A stretch of 64,000 nucleotides of DNA, taken from an uncultured Verrucomicrobiae bacterium (lineage in GTDB: Bacteria > Verrucomicrobiota > Verrucomicrobiia > Opitutales > JABDGR01). The notes beneath the pieces were generated by a model. The model was not told the DNA's origin and did no database searches. It worked only from the letters and a program-made list of their open reading frames with translations. The DNA lies in contig CAVXVB010000009.1 of assembly GCA_963765205.1 (NCBI GenBank), positions 32,001-96,000 on the forward strand, read 5' to 3'. Positions 18,989 through 30,168 of the stretch are shown in pieces. Both the position numbers and the translations under genes were made by a program. Every line of letters begins with the position of its first letter. Positions within the stretch are counted from its first letter, which is position 1.

Positions 18989-19789
18989 TTACGCAGATAT
19001 TAGGGATTGTAACAATGCCTCCGGATCCTCTGCCTTCATCAGGGCTTCGCCGACGAGGATGGCCCTCGCCCCGGCGGCGCGGACGCGGGCGGCGTCCTCG
19101 GCGGTGTGGAGGCCGCTTTCGCTGATGGCTAGGGCGGGGTTGGGGATGAGGGGCAAAAGTTTTTCCGAGATGGCGAGGTTGGTTTTGAACTCGACGGTGG
19201 TGAGGTCGCGGTTGTTCACGCCGATGAGTTTGGCGCCGTGGTTCAGCGCACGGTCGAGTTCGCGTTCCTCGTGGATTTCGAAGAGGGCGTCAAGGCCGGC
19301 AATGGCGGCGGATTCGTGGAGGCGCTTGAGGGTGTCATCGTCAAGGGCGCGCACGATGAGGAGGATGGCGCGCGCGCCGGCTTCGGCGGCCTCGATAATC
19401 TGCACGGGGTGCAGCATGAAGTCTTTGCGCAGGCAGGGGACGTGGCGGTTGGTGGTGGTCTGGAACTCGACCACGTCCCACAGGTCGCGCAGCGTGCCGC
19501 CGAAATATTTCTCGTCGGTGAGGACGGAAATGGCGTCGGCCCCGGCGTTGGTGTAACGGCGGGCCTGCTCGACGGCGTCGGCCCCGGCCTTGATGGCGCC
19601 GGCGGAGGGCGAGCGGCGCTTGATTTCGGCGATGACGCCGAGGCGGCCCGGCTGGTCGAGGGCTTGCGCGAAAGTCGGCCCCGGACGCGGCGACTCGGCA
19701 AAGCGGGCGAGCTCGCGCTCGCGCACGGGGCGCAGGCGCGGCTCGATTTCGCGGCGCTTGTGCGCCATAATCTCGGCGAGTTTGTCCAT
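18989..19789 (-). CDS. trpC: Indole-3-glycerol phosphate synthase
   Basis: VIAEIKRRSPSAG, ISVLTDEKYFGG, LRKDF, IGVNNRDL, ISESG and ILVGEALM. Confidence 0.95.
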   Translation of the reverse strand: MDKLAEIMAHKRREIEPRLRPVRERELARFAESPRPGPTFAQALDQPGRLGVIAEIKRRSPSAGAIKAGADAVEQARRYTNAGADAISVLTDEKYFGGTLRDLWDVVEFQTTTNRHVPCLRKDFMLHPVQIIEAAEAGARAILLIVRALDDDTLKRLHESAAIAGLDALFEIHEERELDRALNHGAKLIGVNNRDLTTVEFKTNLAISEKLLPLIPNPALAISESGLHTAEDAARVRAAGARAILVGEALMKAEDPEALLQSLISA

Positions 19790-19790
19790 C

Positions 19791-19935
19791 GGAGGGATGA
19801 AGGATGAGGGATGAGGGAGGAAAAATAAAGGATGAAAGAAACTCGGAATGCTGATTTCTGAGTGCTGAATGCTGAGGCATTTCTACGCGGTGATGCTCGT
19901 TCGGCGATAATTTGCATTCAGCATTCAGCAATCAG
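19791..19935. repeat. Intergenic heptamer repeats with an inverted pair
   Basis: GGATGAA/GGATGAG tandem; TGCTGAATGCTGA (~19863) is inverted as TCAGCATTCAGCA (~19918). Confidence 0.7.
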
Positions 19936-20014
19936 AAATCCACCGCCCGGCGCATCTGTCCTTTTGCTTTGCATCAAATCCAAGGGTGGGATTGTATAGG
20001 GCGAACCTTTAACC

Positions 20015-20684
20015 ATGAGCGCGATTGATGATTTACGCGAGACGATGGCGCGGCTGCGCGGCCCGGGGGGTTGTCCGTGGGATTTGGAACAGACGCACCA
20101 GAGCATCTGCGACTGCCTGGTCGAGGAGGTCGCCGAATTGCTCGATGCGATTGACCGGAGCGATTTTCCGCACATGCGCGAGGAACTCGGCGATTTGCTC
20201 CTGCACGTCGTCATGCACGCGCAGATGGCGTCCGAGGCCGGCCACTTTAATTTCGAGGATGTGGCGCGCGAGATCAACGACAAGCTCATCCGCCGCCATC
20301 CGCACGTTTTTGGCGAGATGAACCTGCCCACAACCGAGGCCGTGCTCCATCAATGGGACGCGATCAAGGCCGCGGAAAAGAAAAACGGCCCCGCGCCCGA
20401 AGGCCTGTTCAAGCGTTTGCCGCCGCAGTTGTCCGCGCTGCTTTACGCGCGCGAGGTTTACAAGCAAATCGAAAAAAAGCGGCTGCCGGCCAGCGGGGTC
20501 GTGGACGACGCGGCCATCGCGGCCCTGGCGCAGGGGTTGGATGAAAAAACCGCGGGTCGGAAGCTTTTCGAACTGGCCGCCGCCTGCCGCCAGGCGGGGA
20601 TTGACCCCGAAATCCGCGCTGCGCCGCCACACGCAGACGGTGACGGACGCGGTCGAACATCCGCCCCATGCCCGCGCATCGTGA
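20015..20684 (+). CDS. mazG: MazG-family nucleoside triphosphate pyrophosphohydrolase, with an apparent 1-nt frameshift at 20610-20612
   Basis: LRGPGGCPWDLEQT, EELGDLLL and KLIRRHPHVF; removing one A gives the canonical IDPESALRRH and a stop at 20682-20684. Confidence 0.85.
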
Positions 20685-21420
20685 AGGCGACCTATTGGAG
20701 ATGCTGGCCGTCGAGACCTCCGACGGCCCGCTGCTGGTGCCGTGCGAGATCCGCCGTTCGCCGCGCCTGCGCCGCATCCGCCTGAGCCTGGGCGCGCGCA
20801 ACCAGGCGATTTTGCAAGTACCGCTGCGCGCCAGCGTTAGGGACGCGCTGGGTTTTTTGCGCAGCCAGGGCGACTGGCTGCAAAAACAACTGCAAAAGAC
20901 CCCGCCGCCGGTGGCGCTGGCCGCGCATTTGGCGAAGCACCCACGGTTGAGCGGCCATGGGCGCGAATTTGCGGTGACGCTCAATTTCACCGTCGCGCGG
21001 CCTTTTTTCGTGTATTCGGAGGCGGCCGGCGCGGCGGAGTTCCGCTATCCGGCGGGCGAGGGTGGGGAGCCTGCACTCGGCGAATTGTTGCGCGAGTTCG
21101 CGAGGAAGGTGCTGCCACCCCGGGTGCAGGAACTGGCGCAGCGGCATGGGCTGGGGGTGCGGCGGGTGAGCGTGCGCGACCAAGGCACGCGGTGGGGATC
21201 GTGTTCGGCGGGCCGCACGGTGTCGCTCAACTGGCGGCTGGTGCTGCTGCCGGCGGACTTGCATGATTATGTATTGCTGCATGAACTGGCGCATCTGACG
21301 GAAATGAACCACTCGTCGGCGTTCTGGGATTTGCTGCGCTCCTACGACCCGCGCACGGATCTGCATGACCGGGAGTTGACCCGCCGGTCGCGGGAATTGA
21401 TGCGGCTGGGGCGGGGGTGA
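20668..21420 (+). CDS. YgjP/DUF45-like zinc metallopeptidase-fold protein (M48/SprT-like)
   Basis: RDQGTRWGSCS, SLNWRL and YVLLHELAHLTEMNHSSAFW. Confidence 0.88.
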   Translation: MPAHREGDLLEMLAVETSDGPLLVPCEIRRSPRLRRIRLSLGARNQAILQVPLRASVRDALGFLRSQGDWLQKQLQKTPPPVALAAHLAKHPRLSGHGREFAVTLNFTVARPFFVYSEAAGAAEFRYPAGEGGEPALGELLREFARKVLPPRVQELAQRHGLGVRRVSVRDQGTRWGSCSAGRTVSLNWRLVLLPADLHDYVLLHELAHLTEMNHSSAFWDLLRSYDPRTDLHDRELTRRSRELMRLGRG

Positions 21421-21625
21421 AGTTTAGCATCTACTGAATAAAGCTGCATTTTAGAAAAGGTAATGGGAGGCATTATCCGGGCGGGGGGTGATTTTCCGAG
21501 GGGAAAGACAGTTATTCACAATTGCGGGGAAGGAACGGTGTAGAATCGGCGTTAAAGGTGCTTTTTGGTGTTGCGTTGCGGGGAGCATTTCTGATTTCTA
21601 CTCACGTTTAACCCGATATCTGCTC

Positions 21626-21826
21626 ATGGCTCGCGTTCGCATGAATCGTAAAGAATTTTTGACGGGATTAGGGGCGGCGGCCGCGGCTTGCGTCGCCCGC
21701 CCGGCGGCGGCCGCGACGGCGCGTGTCGGGGCGCCGGACAAAGTCCGCGTCCTCTCCGCCGCTGGCTTGCCGATGAAAACCCGCCCGGCGGCCCGCATCG
21801 TGGCAATGCGCAGCCTCGGCGCTTGA
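21626..21826 (+). CDS. Small protein with a Tat-like signal, upstream of the ACIII operon
   Basis: MNRKEFLTGLGAAAAAC.. resembles a twin-arginine-like leader; co-oriented and 48 nt before actA. Start is 21626 or 21641. Confidence 0.45.
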   Translation: MARVRMNRKEFLTGLGAAAAACVARPAAAATARVGAPDKVRVLSAAGLPMKTRPAARIVAMRSLGA

Positions 21827-21874
21827 TTTCCCACCTCGACCAATCCACGTCACCCGACATCGAGACCTTCTTTC

Positions 21875-22540
21875 ATGGCCAACGTATTTCCCAAATGGTC
21901 CAATACCGCTCCGATCAAGCTGGTGGTCGCGCTGTTTTTGACCGTCTCCGCCGCCACGGCCGGGGTCTGGTATTACTGTTCCCCGAATTACACGAAAGTC
22001 GGCTACATGCCGACGCAGCCGGTGCCCTACAGCCATGCCCTGCACGTCGGCCAGTTGGGCCTCGATTGCCGGATGTGCCATACGTTTGTGGACCGCTCGG
22101 CGCACGCCAACATCCCCGGGCCCAGCGTATGCATGAACTGCCACAGCCCCGATTTGGGCAACATCCTGGGCGACAGCAAGGCGCTGGCCCCCATTCGCGA
22201 CAGTTACGCCAGTGGCCAGCCGGTGCCGTGGATTAAAATCCACAATGAGCCGGACTATGTCTATTTCAACCACGCTGTCCACGTGAACCGCGGCGTGTCC
22301 TGCGTCGAGTGCCACGGCCAGATCAACGAGATGGACACGGTGGCCGAGGCCAAGCCGCTCGGCATGGCGTTCTGCCTGAATTGCCACCGCAACCCCGAGC
22401 AGGTCGTCCGCCCGCTGGACAAGGTGTTTGACCTTACTTGGAAGGCCGACAGCCCGGCGGCCCAGACCGACGACGGCACGAAATTTGTCCACGACTGGAA
22501 AATCCTCCCCCCGCAAAGCTGCTCGGGGTGCCACCGGTAG
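21875..22540 (+). CDS. actA: Alternative complex III pentaheme cytochrome c subunit
   Basis: Five CxxCH motifs (CRMCH, CMNCH, CVECH, CLNCH, CSGCH); QPVPYSHALH and PDYVYFNHAVH. Confidence 0.92.
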   Translation: MANVFPKWSNTAPIKLVVALFLTVSAATAGVWYYCSPNYTKVGYMPTQPVPYSHALHVGQLGLDCRMCHTFVDRSAHANIPGPSVCMNCHSPDLGNILGDSKALAPIRDSYASGQPVPWIKIHNEPDYVYFNHAVHVNRGVSCVECHGQINEMDTVAEAKPLGMAFCLNCHRNPEQVVRPLDKVFDLTWKADSPAAQTDDGTKFVHDWKILPPQSCSGCHR

Positions 22541-22544
22541 GAGC

Positions 22545-22660
22545 GAATTAAGAATTATGAATTAAGAAACAAAACACACCGCGCCCTTTGCTCATCCTCG
22601 CACTTTTGCATTTTTGCTTATTAACTAGAAACTAAGAACTAGAAAACTAAGCACCAGAAC
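22545..22660. repeat. AT-rich heptamer tandem repeats between actA and actB
   Basis: GAATTAA-GAATTAT-GAATTAA and AACTAGA-AACTAAG-AACTAGA. Confidence 0.7.
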
Positions 22661-22670
22661 ACTTTTCTTC

Positions 22671-25600
22671 ATGAAACTCAAATTCAACCATCCCGCGCCG
22701 AGCGCGCGTGAATTGTCCGGGCCGCGTTATTGGCGCAGCTTGGACGAATTGTCGGCGACGCCGGCATTCAAGGATTGGTTGGAGAAGGAGTTTCCCGCGG
22801 GCGCCTCGATATTGGAGAGCAACGAACGGCGCGGTTTCCTGAAGATCATGGCGGCATCGTTCGGTCTGGCCGGGTTGGGCATGGCGGGCTGCCGCCAGCA
22901 GACGCGGCACTTGCTGCCTTACTCGAAGCAACCCGACCGGGTGATTCCCGGCGTGCCGGTATTCTATACTTCCTCGCTGCCCGGCGCGGATGAACACCTC
23001 CCACTGATCGTCGAGACCCACGACGCGCGACCGACCAAAATCGAGGGTAACCCGAGTTATGCGGCTACCGGCGGGGCGACGAATGTCCACGCCCAATCGA
23101 GCATCCTTGACCTTTACGACCCCGACCGCGCCCAGCGCAGCAGCACTGCAGATGGTGTGCCGCTCTCCCCCGCACAAGTGTCGGATGTGCTGACCAAGCT
23201 TGCACGGGACTATGGCGCGAACGGCGGCGCGGGTTTGTATTTCCTGGCGGACCGGAGCAATTCGCCCACGCGCGCAGTGCTGGTGAAAAAGCTCCTCGCC
23301 CAATTCCCGAAGGCCACTTGGGCGGAATATGAGGCCATTGACCAGGCCAACCCCGAGCGCGCCGCCGAAGCGCTGACGGGCCGCCCCGCCCGCCCGATCT
23401 ACAACTTCGCGAAGGCCACCCGCGTGCTCGCGCTCGATAGTGATTTTCTCCACGGCGAACCCGGCCACCTCGCCAATGCCAAAGGATTCGCGAAAGCCCG
23501 TCGGATCCAGAACGGCACCGACGCCGATCCGGAGAAAATGATCCGGCTTTACTCGGTCGAAAGCAATTTCACCCTGACGGGCGCGAACGCCGACCACCGC
23601 CTGCGCCTGGCCACGGCCGCCATTCCGGCCTTGGCGGACTTGCTAACGGTGGAAATCCTCACCCAGATCAATGGCGGAACGAACCAGCAAGCCACAGATT
23701 TACTACAGAAGACCGGGGTAGACATGAAGTGGGTCACCGAATGCGTGAAAGACCTCGTCGCCCACGCCGGAAAAGCCATCGTCATAGCCGGGCCGCAAAT
23801 GCCGGTGGCGGTACACCAGGCGGCGTTGTTGATGAATGTGGCCTTGGGCGCAATTGGCACGACGGTTACGCTGGCGGAATTGCCCGAGCGCGGCGCGGTG
23901 GCTTCGCTGGCGGACGTCGCAAAGGCGCTGGACGCGCGCCAGGTCAAAACGCTTTTCATTCTCAACGGCAACCCCGCCTATAACGCGCCGGGCGACTTGG
24001 CGTTTGCGGACAAACTCGCCAAGTTCAAGGATGCAAAAGGCCAGATCATTCGCTACGGATATTATGGCCGGCAGGCTGACGAGACCTCTGCGCTAGCCAA
24101 CACTTTTATCGCCGGATTGCATTATTTGGAAAGCTGGGGCGACGGCCTGACATGGGACGGTTTCCATGTGCCCGTGCAGCCGATGATCATGCCGTTGTTT
24201 GAAGGCGTGAGTGAGATTGACCTGCTGGCCACGCTGGCGGGGGAGGCCAAGCCGGATGCCTACGGTTGTGTCCATGACACTTTCACGGCGATGCACCCGG
24301 GCAAGTCCTTCGAGGAATGGCTGGCGGTCGGTGTGGCTGGCATGGGCTTTGTAAAGATGAATTCCTCGGCGATCCCGGCCAGCCGGATCAATGATGTGAC
24401 CGCGGCGGCATTGCAAGCGACCTGGCCGGTGGTGGACGCGGACCACCTTGAGGTCCGTTTTGTGCCCGGCATCACCGGGGATGGCCGGTTTGCGAACAAC
24501 GGCTGGTTGCAGGAATGCCCGGACCCGATGTCAAAACTGACCTGGGACAATGCGATTTTTGTCAGTCCGAAACTGGCCAAGCAAAAATATCCCGAGTTGC
24601 TGCCCGGCGGCACGACGATGAGCAAAGGCCCCCTCGGCGTGCTTGCGCCCCAGGCGCGGAAGAACGACAACGACTTTGTGACTGGGCGGGAAATTGCGCG
24701 CGTGGCCGAAGTCACGGTCAACGGCCAGACCATCAAAGGCCCGGTCAGCATCCTGCCTGGCTTGGCCGACTATACGCTGGTGATTCATCTGGGTTATGGC
24801 CGCAAGCACGCGGGCAGCGTTGGTTCCTATGTCGGGTTCGACGCATTTCCGCTGGTCAGTTCGACGAGCCCGATGAGGTGCAGCGCGACGGGCGCCACGT
24901 TCAAATTAACGGATGACACCTATCGTCTCGCCAACGTGCAGGAACACTGGTCCATGGAAGGCCGCGCCATCATCCGCGAAGCCAGCGTGGACGACTACAA
25001 GGCGCACCCTGGATTTGTGACAGAGATGGAAGACTCGCCGCCCATTTACGGCAAGGACCAGAACCTGAGTCCGCAGGACAAGGCGACGAACAACCCGCGC
25101 GGCATGTCCATGTATGAGCCGCATCCGAACAGCGTGCCCGCGCCGAATGTGGCGGTGTGGAACACGCCGGAGGGCTTGAAGGATTTCCCGACGCCGCAGC
25201 AGTGGGGCATGAGCATTGACTTGAACACCTGCCTGGGCTGCACCGCCTGCCTGGTGGCCTGCCAGGCCGAGAACAACATCCCCATCGTCGGCAAAGACCA
25301 GGTGATGCGCGGCCGCGAGATGCACTGGATCCGCCTCGACCGTTATTTCTCGAGCGGTCCGGTCAAGGGCGCGAATGGCAAGGATGATTACACGGAAGCG
25401 AACGAGTTGCCGGAAGACCCGCAGGTCAATTTCCAAAGCGTCGCCTGCCAGCACTGCGAAATGGCTCCGTGCGAAAACGTGTGCCCCTTCATGGCCACCT
25501 TGCACGATGACTCGGGCCTCAACGTCATGGCCTACAACCGCTGCGTCGGCACCAAGTATTGCGCGAACAATTGCCCCTATAAGGTCCGCCGCTTCAACTT

Positions 25601-26132
25601 CTTTGATTGGAACAAGCGCGAGATCGGCGAATTTTACAAAGGCCCCCTCGGCCCGGACTATTACGACTCGGACGCGAGCCAGCTTACGCGGATGCAGAAG
25701 AATCCCGACGTGTCGGTGCGCATGCGCGGCGTCATGGAGAAATGCACTTATTGCGTGCAGCGCATTGAGGCGGCCAAGATCAGCGCGCGGGTCAAGGCGC
25801 GCGATTCGGGCGACACCAAGGTGGCCGACGGCGCGCTGGTGCCCGCCTGCGCGCAAGCCTGCCCGACGGACTCGATTGTCTTCGGCGATGTTTCCGACGC
25901 CAACAGCGCGGTGTCGAAAGCCAAGGCCTCCGACCGCAATTATGCGGTGCTCGGCTACCTGAACATCCGCCCGCGCACAACTTACCTCGCGAAGATCCGC
26001 AATCCCAACCCGGCCATCACCGGGCCGGGCGAGAGCGAGCAGCCGATGTCCCGCCAGGAATATGACGTGCGCTACGGACCAAAATCGGATGACGCTCCCA
26101 AGGCCGCCGCCAATGGCGCTACGAAGTCCTAA
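22671..26132 (+). CDS. actB: Alternative complex III subunit B (molybdopterin-oxidoreductase-like domain plus Fe-S domain)
   Basis: YWRSLDEL, Tat motif ERRGFLK with lipobox-like [55 protein letters not shown] and EKCTYC. Confidence 0.93.
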   Translation: MKLKFNHPAPSARELSGPRYWRSLDELSATPAFKDWLEKEFPAGASILESNERRGFLKIMAASFGLAGLGMAGCRQQTRHLLPYSKQPDRVIPGVPVFYTSSLPGADEHLPLIVETHDARPTKIEGNPSYAATGGATNVHAQSSILDLYDPDRAQRSSTADGVPLSPAQVSDVLTKLARDYGANGGAGLYFLADRSNSPTRAVLVKKLLAQFPKATWAEYEAIDQANPERAAEALTGRPARPIYNFAKATRVLALDSDFLHGEPGHLANAKGFAKARRIQNGTDADPEKMIRLYSVESNFTLTGANADHRLRLATAAIPALADLLTVEILTQINGGTNQQATDLLQKTGVDMKWVTECVKDLVAHAGKAIVIAGPQMPVAVHQAALLMNVALGAIGTTVTLAELPERGAVASLADVAKALDARQVKTLFILNGNPAYNAPGDLAFADKLAKFKDAKGQIIRYGYYGRQADETSALANTFIAGLHYLESWGDGLTWDGFHVPVQPMIMPLFEGVSEIDLLATLAGEAKPDAYGCVHDTFTAMHPGKSFEEWLAVGVAGMGFVKMNSSAIPASRINDVTAAALQATWPVVDADHLEVRFVPGITGDGRFANNGWLQECPDPMSKLTWDNAIFVSPKLAKQKYPELLPGGTTMSKGPLGVLAPQARKNDNDFVTGREIARVAEVTVNGQTIKGPVSILPGLADYTLVIHLGYGRKHAGSVGSYVGFDAFPLVSSTSPMRCSATGATFKLTDDTYRLANVQEHWSMEGRAIIREASVDDYKAHPGFVTEMEDSPPIYGKDQNLSPQDKATNNPRGMSMYEPHPNSVPAPNVAVWNTPEGLKDFPTPQQWGMSIDLNTCLGCTACLVACQAENNIPIVGKDQVMRGREMHWIRLDRYFSSGPVKGANGKDDYTEANELPEDPQVNFQSVACQHCEMAPCENVCPFMATLHDDSGLNVMAYNRCVGTKYCANNCPYKVRRFNFFDWNKREIGEFYKGPLGPDYYDSDASQLTRMQKNPDVSVRMRGVMEKCTYCVQRIEAAKISARVKARDSGDTKVADGALVPACAQACPTDSIVFGDVSDANSAVSKAKASDRNYAVLGYLNIRPRTTYLAKIRNPNPAITGPGESEQPMSRQEYDVRYGPKSDDAPKAAANGATKS

Positions 26133-26167
26133 GCCCACCCCCGTCCCTGCTCCATTTTTCCACCCTC

Positions 26168-27649
26168 ATGTCGCACGCCGCCGATGATTCCACCCCAGGC
26201 CGCCCGGCCGTCCTCGCCAAGGTCAAACCCTTGACGTCGCCGTTGTTGTCGCGCAAGCCGCTGGTGTTGAATAACCGTGACTTCCACTGGATCACGGAGA
26301 AAATCTGCCGCATTGTGGAAGACCCCGCCCCGACATGGTGGTGGGTGTGCTTCCTCATCTCCGCTTCAATTGCGACGTTCCTCGGTTTCGGGCTGCTCTG
26401 GCTGGTTTCGACGGGCGTCGGCGTCTGGGGTCTGCGTTCGCCGGAATTCTGGGGCTGGGACATCGTGAACTTCGTCTGGTGGATCGGTATCGGCCACGCG
26501 GGCACGCTGATTTCCGCCATCTTGTGCCTGCTGCGGCAAAAGTGGCGCACGGCCATCAACCGTTCCGCCGAGGCGATGACGATTTTCGCCGTGATGTGCG
26601 CCGGCATCTTTCCGCTGTTCCACGTCGGGCGCGTGTGGCTGGCGTGGTGGCTGTTCCCGATTCCCAATTCGCAGGGCATGTGGCCGAATTTCCGCAGCCC
26701 ACTGGAATGGGACGTGTTCGCGGTCTCGACGTATTTCACGGTGTCGGTGCTGTTCTGGTATATGGGGATGGTGCCCGACCTCGGCACGCTGCGCGACCGC
26801 GCGGTGAAGACCTGGCGCCGGTATTTTTACGGCATCCTGGCGCTGGGCTGGCGCAACTCGACGCGCCACTGGCGCAATTACGAGATGGCCTACCTGATTC
26901 TCGCCGGGCTGTCCACGCCGCTGGTGCTGTCGGTGCACACCATCGTGTCGTTCGACTTCGCGGCGTCGCTGATTCCCGGCTGGCACACGACGATCTTCCC
27001 GCCCTATTTCGTGGCCGGCGCGATTTTCTCCGGCTTCGGCATGGTGCTGACGCTGGTGCTGCCCCTGCGCTCAATGTATAAGCTGCACGACCTCATCACG
27101 CAGCACCACATTGACTGCATGTGCAAGATCATCCTGGCGACGGGCAGCATGGTGGGCTACGCGTATGCGATGGAGTTCTTCATCGCCTGGTATGGCGGCA
27201 ACCTTTACGAAGGGTTCACGTTCATCAACCGCGCGTTCGGCCAATATGGCTGGGCTTACTTCATCATGGTCTCGTGCAATGTGATCACGCCGCAGTTGTT
27301 CTGGTTCCGCCGGGTGCGGGAGAACACCGCGCTGGTGTTCATCATCGTGCTCTTTGTCAACTGCGGCATGTGGTTCGAGCGCTTCGTCATCATTGTCACC
27401 TCGCTGGCCAACGACTTCCTGCCCTCGAGCTGGGGCTATTTCTCGCCCAGCATCGTGGACATCTTCACCTTCTTTGGCACGATGGGCTTCTTCAGCACGC
27501 TTTTTCTGCTGTTCGTCCGCTTTCTGCCGATGCTGCCCATCGGGGAAATCAAGCACGTTACGCCGGCGGCCGATCCCCATTATCATCCGGAGCCTGATGA
27601 GGCGCAGGCCCCGGTGGCGGCGCTGGCCGCGAAAGGAGGCCATTCATGA
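26168..27649 (+). CDS. actC: Alternative complex III NrfD/PsrC-type membrane subunit
   Basis: [40 protein letters not shown] and GMWFERFVI. Confidence 0.93.
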   Translation: MSHAADDSTPGRPAVLAKVKPLTSPLLSRKPLVLNNRDFHWITEKICRIVEDPAPTWWWVCFLISASIATFLGFGLLWLVSTGVGVWGLRSPEFWGWDIVNFVWWIGIGHAGTLISAILCLLRQKWRTAINRSAEAMTIFAVMCAGIFPLFHVGRVWLAWWLFPIPNSQGMWPNFRSPLEWDVFAVSTYFTVSVLFWYMGMVPDLGTLRDRAVKTWRRYFYGILALGWRNSTRHWRNYEMAYLILAGLSTPLVLSVHTIVSFDFAASLIPGWHTTIFPPYFVAGAIFSGFGMVLTLVLPLRSMYKLHDLITQHHIDCMCKIILATGSMVGYAYAMEFFIAWYGGNLYEGFTFINRAFGQYGWAYFIMVSCNVITPQLFWFRRVRENTALVFIIVLFVNCGMWFERFVIIVTSLANDFLPSSWGYFSPSIVDIFTFFGTMGFFSTLFLLFVRFLPMLPIGEIKHVTPAADPHYHPEPDEAQAPVAALAAKGGHS

Positions 27650-28179
27650 GCGAAGAAATTTTTGGCATCATGGCGGAGTTCAAATCCCCCCATGACATTT
27701 ATGAAGGCGCCGCCAAGCTGCGCGACGCGGGCTTCAAGCGTTGGGACACCTTCACGCCCTTCCCCGTGCATGGCCTGGACAAGCAGATGGGCCTCAGCCG
27801 CTCTCATGTGCCCTGGATCGTGCTGCTGGGCGGCATCACCGGTTTCACCACCGGCGTGCTCATCACTTGGTATATGAATGGATTCGATTATCCCTTGGTG
27901 GTGGGCGGCAAGCCCTACTGGAGCATGATTTACCCGTTTCCCGTCTTGTATGAGTTGACCATTCTCTTCTCCGCCTTCGGCGCGTTCTTCGGCCAGTTCC
28001 TGCTCAACCGCCTGCCGCAGCCCTACCATGCCGTGTTTAACAGCGAGCAATTCGAGCGGTGCTCCGACAATGCCTTTTTCGTCGTAATCGAGGCGGCCGA
28101 CCCGCTCTATGACGAAGCCAAGACCCGCGCGCTGCTGGCGCAGGTCGGCGCGTTCAACATTCACCTGGTGAACAAATAA
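27646..28179 (+). CDS. actD: Alternative complex III subunit D (DUF3341)
   Basis: [21 protein letters not shown] and ELTILF; ATGA overlap with actC. Confidence 0.9.
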   Translation: MSEEIFGIMAEFKSPHDIYEGAAKLRDAGFKRWDTFTPFPVHGLDKQMGLSRSHVPWIVLLGGITGFTTGVLITWYMNGFDYPLVVGGKPYWSMIYPFPVLYELTILFSAFGAFFGQFLLNRLPQPYHAVFNSEQFERCSDNAFFVVIEAADPLYDEAKTRALLAQVGAFNIHLVNK

Positions 28180-28180
28180 C

Positions 28181-28840
28181 ATGCGTTACTTCCTCGCCAT
28201 ATTTGCGTTCGCCGTGGTGGCCGTCGTGTCGGTCTACGGTTTTCGCGGCAGCAAGTCCAGCCGCGATCCACTCTTCATATTCCCGGACATGGAGTGGCAG
28301 GTCAAATACGCCGCGCAGGGTGAAAACCAGTTTTTCCCCGACGATCGGGACGACCGTCCGTTTCCCCCGGGCACCGTGCAGCGCGGCTATGGCTGGGCGA
28401 TGGGCGAGACCTTTTCGCCCACTTACGCTTACGCGCCCGCGCAGAACCCGGCCCTCTATTCCGCCCGCGACGCCAAGGGCGACTTTTACAAGGGTTTCCC
28501 GGTCCATGTTACCGCCGACTTCATTGAGTTGGGCCACCAGAAGTTCAACATCTTTTGCATGGTCTGCCATGGCGCCACCGGCAACGGCAACGGTGTCACC
28601 AAGATGGGTTATAAAATGACCACCGTGCGCGACCTGACCGACGACTACACCCGCGCCAAGACCGAGGGTGAAATTTTCACCACCATCACCTACGGCCACG
28701 GCAAAATGGGCCCCTACGGCGACCGCCTCACCCCCATTGAGCGCTGGGCGGTCGTCTCCTACGTCCGCTCCCTCCAATTGGCCGGCAACGCCACTCCGGA
28801 CGAGGTGCCGGAGGCGGAACGCGCCAAACTCGGCCTATGA
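28181..28840 (+). CDS. actE: Alternative complex III monoheme cytochrome c subunit
   Basis: DMEWQVKY, PPGTVQRG, CMVCH and ERWAVVSYVRSLQ. Confidence 0.9.
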   Translation: MRYFLAIFAFAVVAVVSVYGFRGSKSSRDPLFIFPDMEWQVKYAAQGENQFFPDDRDDRPFPPGTVQRGYGWAMGETFSPTYAYAPAQNPALYSARDAKGDFYKGFPVHVTADFIELGHQKFNIFCMVCHGATGNGNGVTKMGYKMTTVRDLTDDYTRAKTEGEIFTTITYGHGKMGPYGDRLTPIERWAVVSYVRSLQLAGNATPDEVPEAERAKLGL

Positions 28841-30168
28841 ACTCTTCCACCGCCACTCCCTCCCTATCCAGCGCCGCCACCACCAGCAGCGCGGAGAATC
28901 CGCTTGCGACCCGTGCGCTCATCGTCGGTGTCATCGGGTTGGTCGTCGCCCTGATGGGCCTGTTCATGGGCGGCAGCGCCGCGGACCCCGCGCGCCCGTT
29001 CCTGGGCTACCTGCTCGGGTTTGGCTTCTGGCTCTCGATGTTCATCGGGATGCTGATGCTGGTCATCATGTTTTACCTCTTTGACGCCGGTTGGCCCATT
29101 GTGATCCGCCGCCAGTTGGAGCACGCGCTCGCGGTCATCCCCTGGCTCGCGCTTTGTTTTGTGCCGCTGCTGCTGCTGGCGCTCGGCCTGTTTCCCGGCC
29201 ACGCGCACGGCCTGCTCTGGCCATGGCTCGACCCGTCGCAACCGCTGATTGGCGAGCCAGGCAAGACCATCGGCGAGGATCCGCTCTTCATCCACAAGGC
29301 AGCATTCCTGAGCCTGCCGTTTTTCGTGTTGCGCCTGGCGGTCTATTTGACGGTGTTCTGGGGGCTGTCGCATGTATTTCGCAAGAATTCCTTTGCGATG
29401 GATCGCGACCCACGACCGGAATACGTCATCCGCTGCCGCAAATTCGCCGCCGTCGGCGTCTATTGCGTCGCGCTGTCGCTGACGTTTGCGGCCTTCGACC
29501 TGTTCATGAGCCTCGCCTACACCTGGTTCTCGACCATGTATGGGGTGTGGTTCTTTGCGACCTCGATGCGGTGCGGCATCGCCGGGACCATTCTGATCTG
29601 CTTTTATATGAGCGCGAAGCCCGGCCGCCCGCTCTACGGCATCTACAACCGCGCCCATCAATACCTGCTTGGTTGCCTGGCGCTGACGTTCACGGTCTTC
29701 TACGCCTACGTCACCTTTTGCCAATACTTCCTCATTTATAACGCCGACATTCCCGAGGAGACCTTCTGGTATAACCTGCGCGAGTTGACCGTGAATTGGA
29801 CGCTGAACTCCTGGTGGTGGGTCAGCCTGGCCATTATCTTTGGCTACTTCTTCCTCCCGTTCTTTTTCCTGCTCAATTACCACACCAAGGTTTCGCGCCG
29901 CGTGCTGCCGTGTGTCGCCGCGTGGGTGCTCTGCTTCCATATTGTGGATCTTTATTTCAACATTTTACCGGGCAAAATCGCCGATGACAGCCCGGGCAGC
30001 GTGCTGCATTACACGGTCCGCGAATTCCGCCCCGAGATTTGGGACCTCGCTTCACTGGTTGGCATTGGCGGCATTTGCGTCTGGGCCTTCCTGCGTTCGC
30101 AAACCAAGGCCGAAGCCATCCCCATCCACGACCCGCGCATCGAGGAGTCGCTGAATTATCATGAGTGA
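28837..30168 (+). CDS. actF: Alternative complex III membrane subunit F
   Basis: About 10 TM helices; WFSTMYG, YNADIPEETFWY and PIHDPRIEESL. Confidence 0.88.
   Translation: MNSSTATPSLSSAATTSSAENPLATRALIVGVIGLVVALMGLFMGGSAADPARPFLGYLLGFGFWLSMFIGMLMLVIMFYLFDAGWPIVIRRQLEHALAVIPWLALCFVPLLLLALGLFPGHAHGLLWPWLDPSQPLIGEPGKTIGEDPLFIHKAAFLSLPFFVLRLAVYLTVFWGLSHVFRKNSFAMDRDPRPEYVIRCRKFAAVGVYCVALSLTFAAFDLFMSLAYTWFSTMYGVWFFATSMRCGIAGTILICFYMSAKPGRPLYGIYNRAHQYLLGCLALTFTVFYAYVTFCQYFLIYNADIPEETFWYNLRELTVNWTLNSWWWVSLAIIFGYFFLPFFFLLNYHTKVSRRVLPCVAAWVLCFHIVDLYFNILPGKIADDSPGSVLHYTVREFRPEIWDLASLVGIGGICVWAFLRSQTKAEAIPIHDPRIEESLNYHE

Larger units (their letters stand above)
15772..19035 (-). mobile_element. AT-rich horizontally acquired three-gene island (putative defence cassette) between trpC and rsmA
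   Basis: Abrupt drop in GC and in host-type codon usage; no integrase or terminal repeats seen. Confidence 0.7.

Noticed and set aside
15772..19035. Prophage, IS or integron as the vehicle for the AT-rich island
   Set aside because: No integrase, transposase, attC-like site or flanking direct repeats were found by eye.
20600..20620. Programmed frameshifting in mazG (and at the other three indel sites)
   Set aside because: No canonical slippery heptamer or stimulatory structure is evident; sequencing error is simpler.
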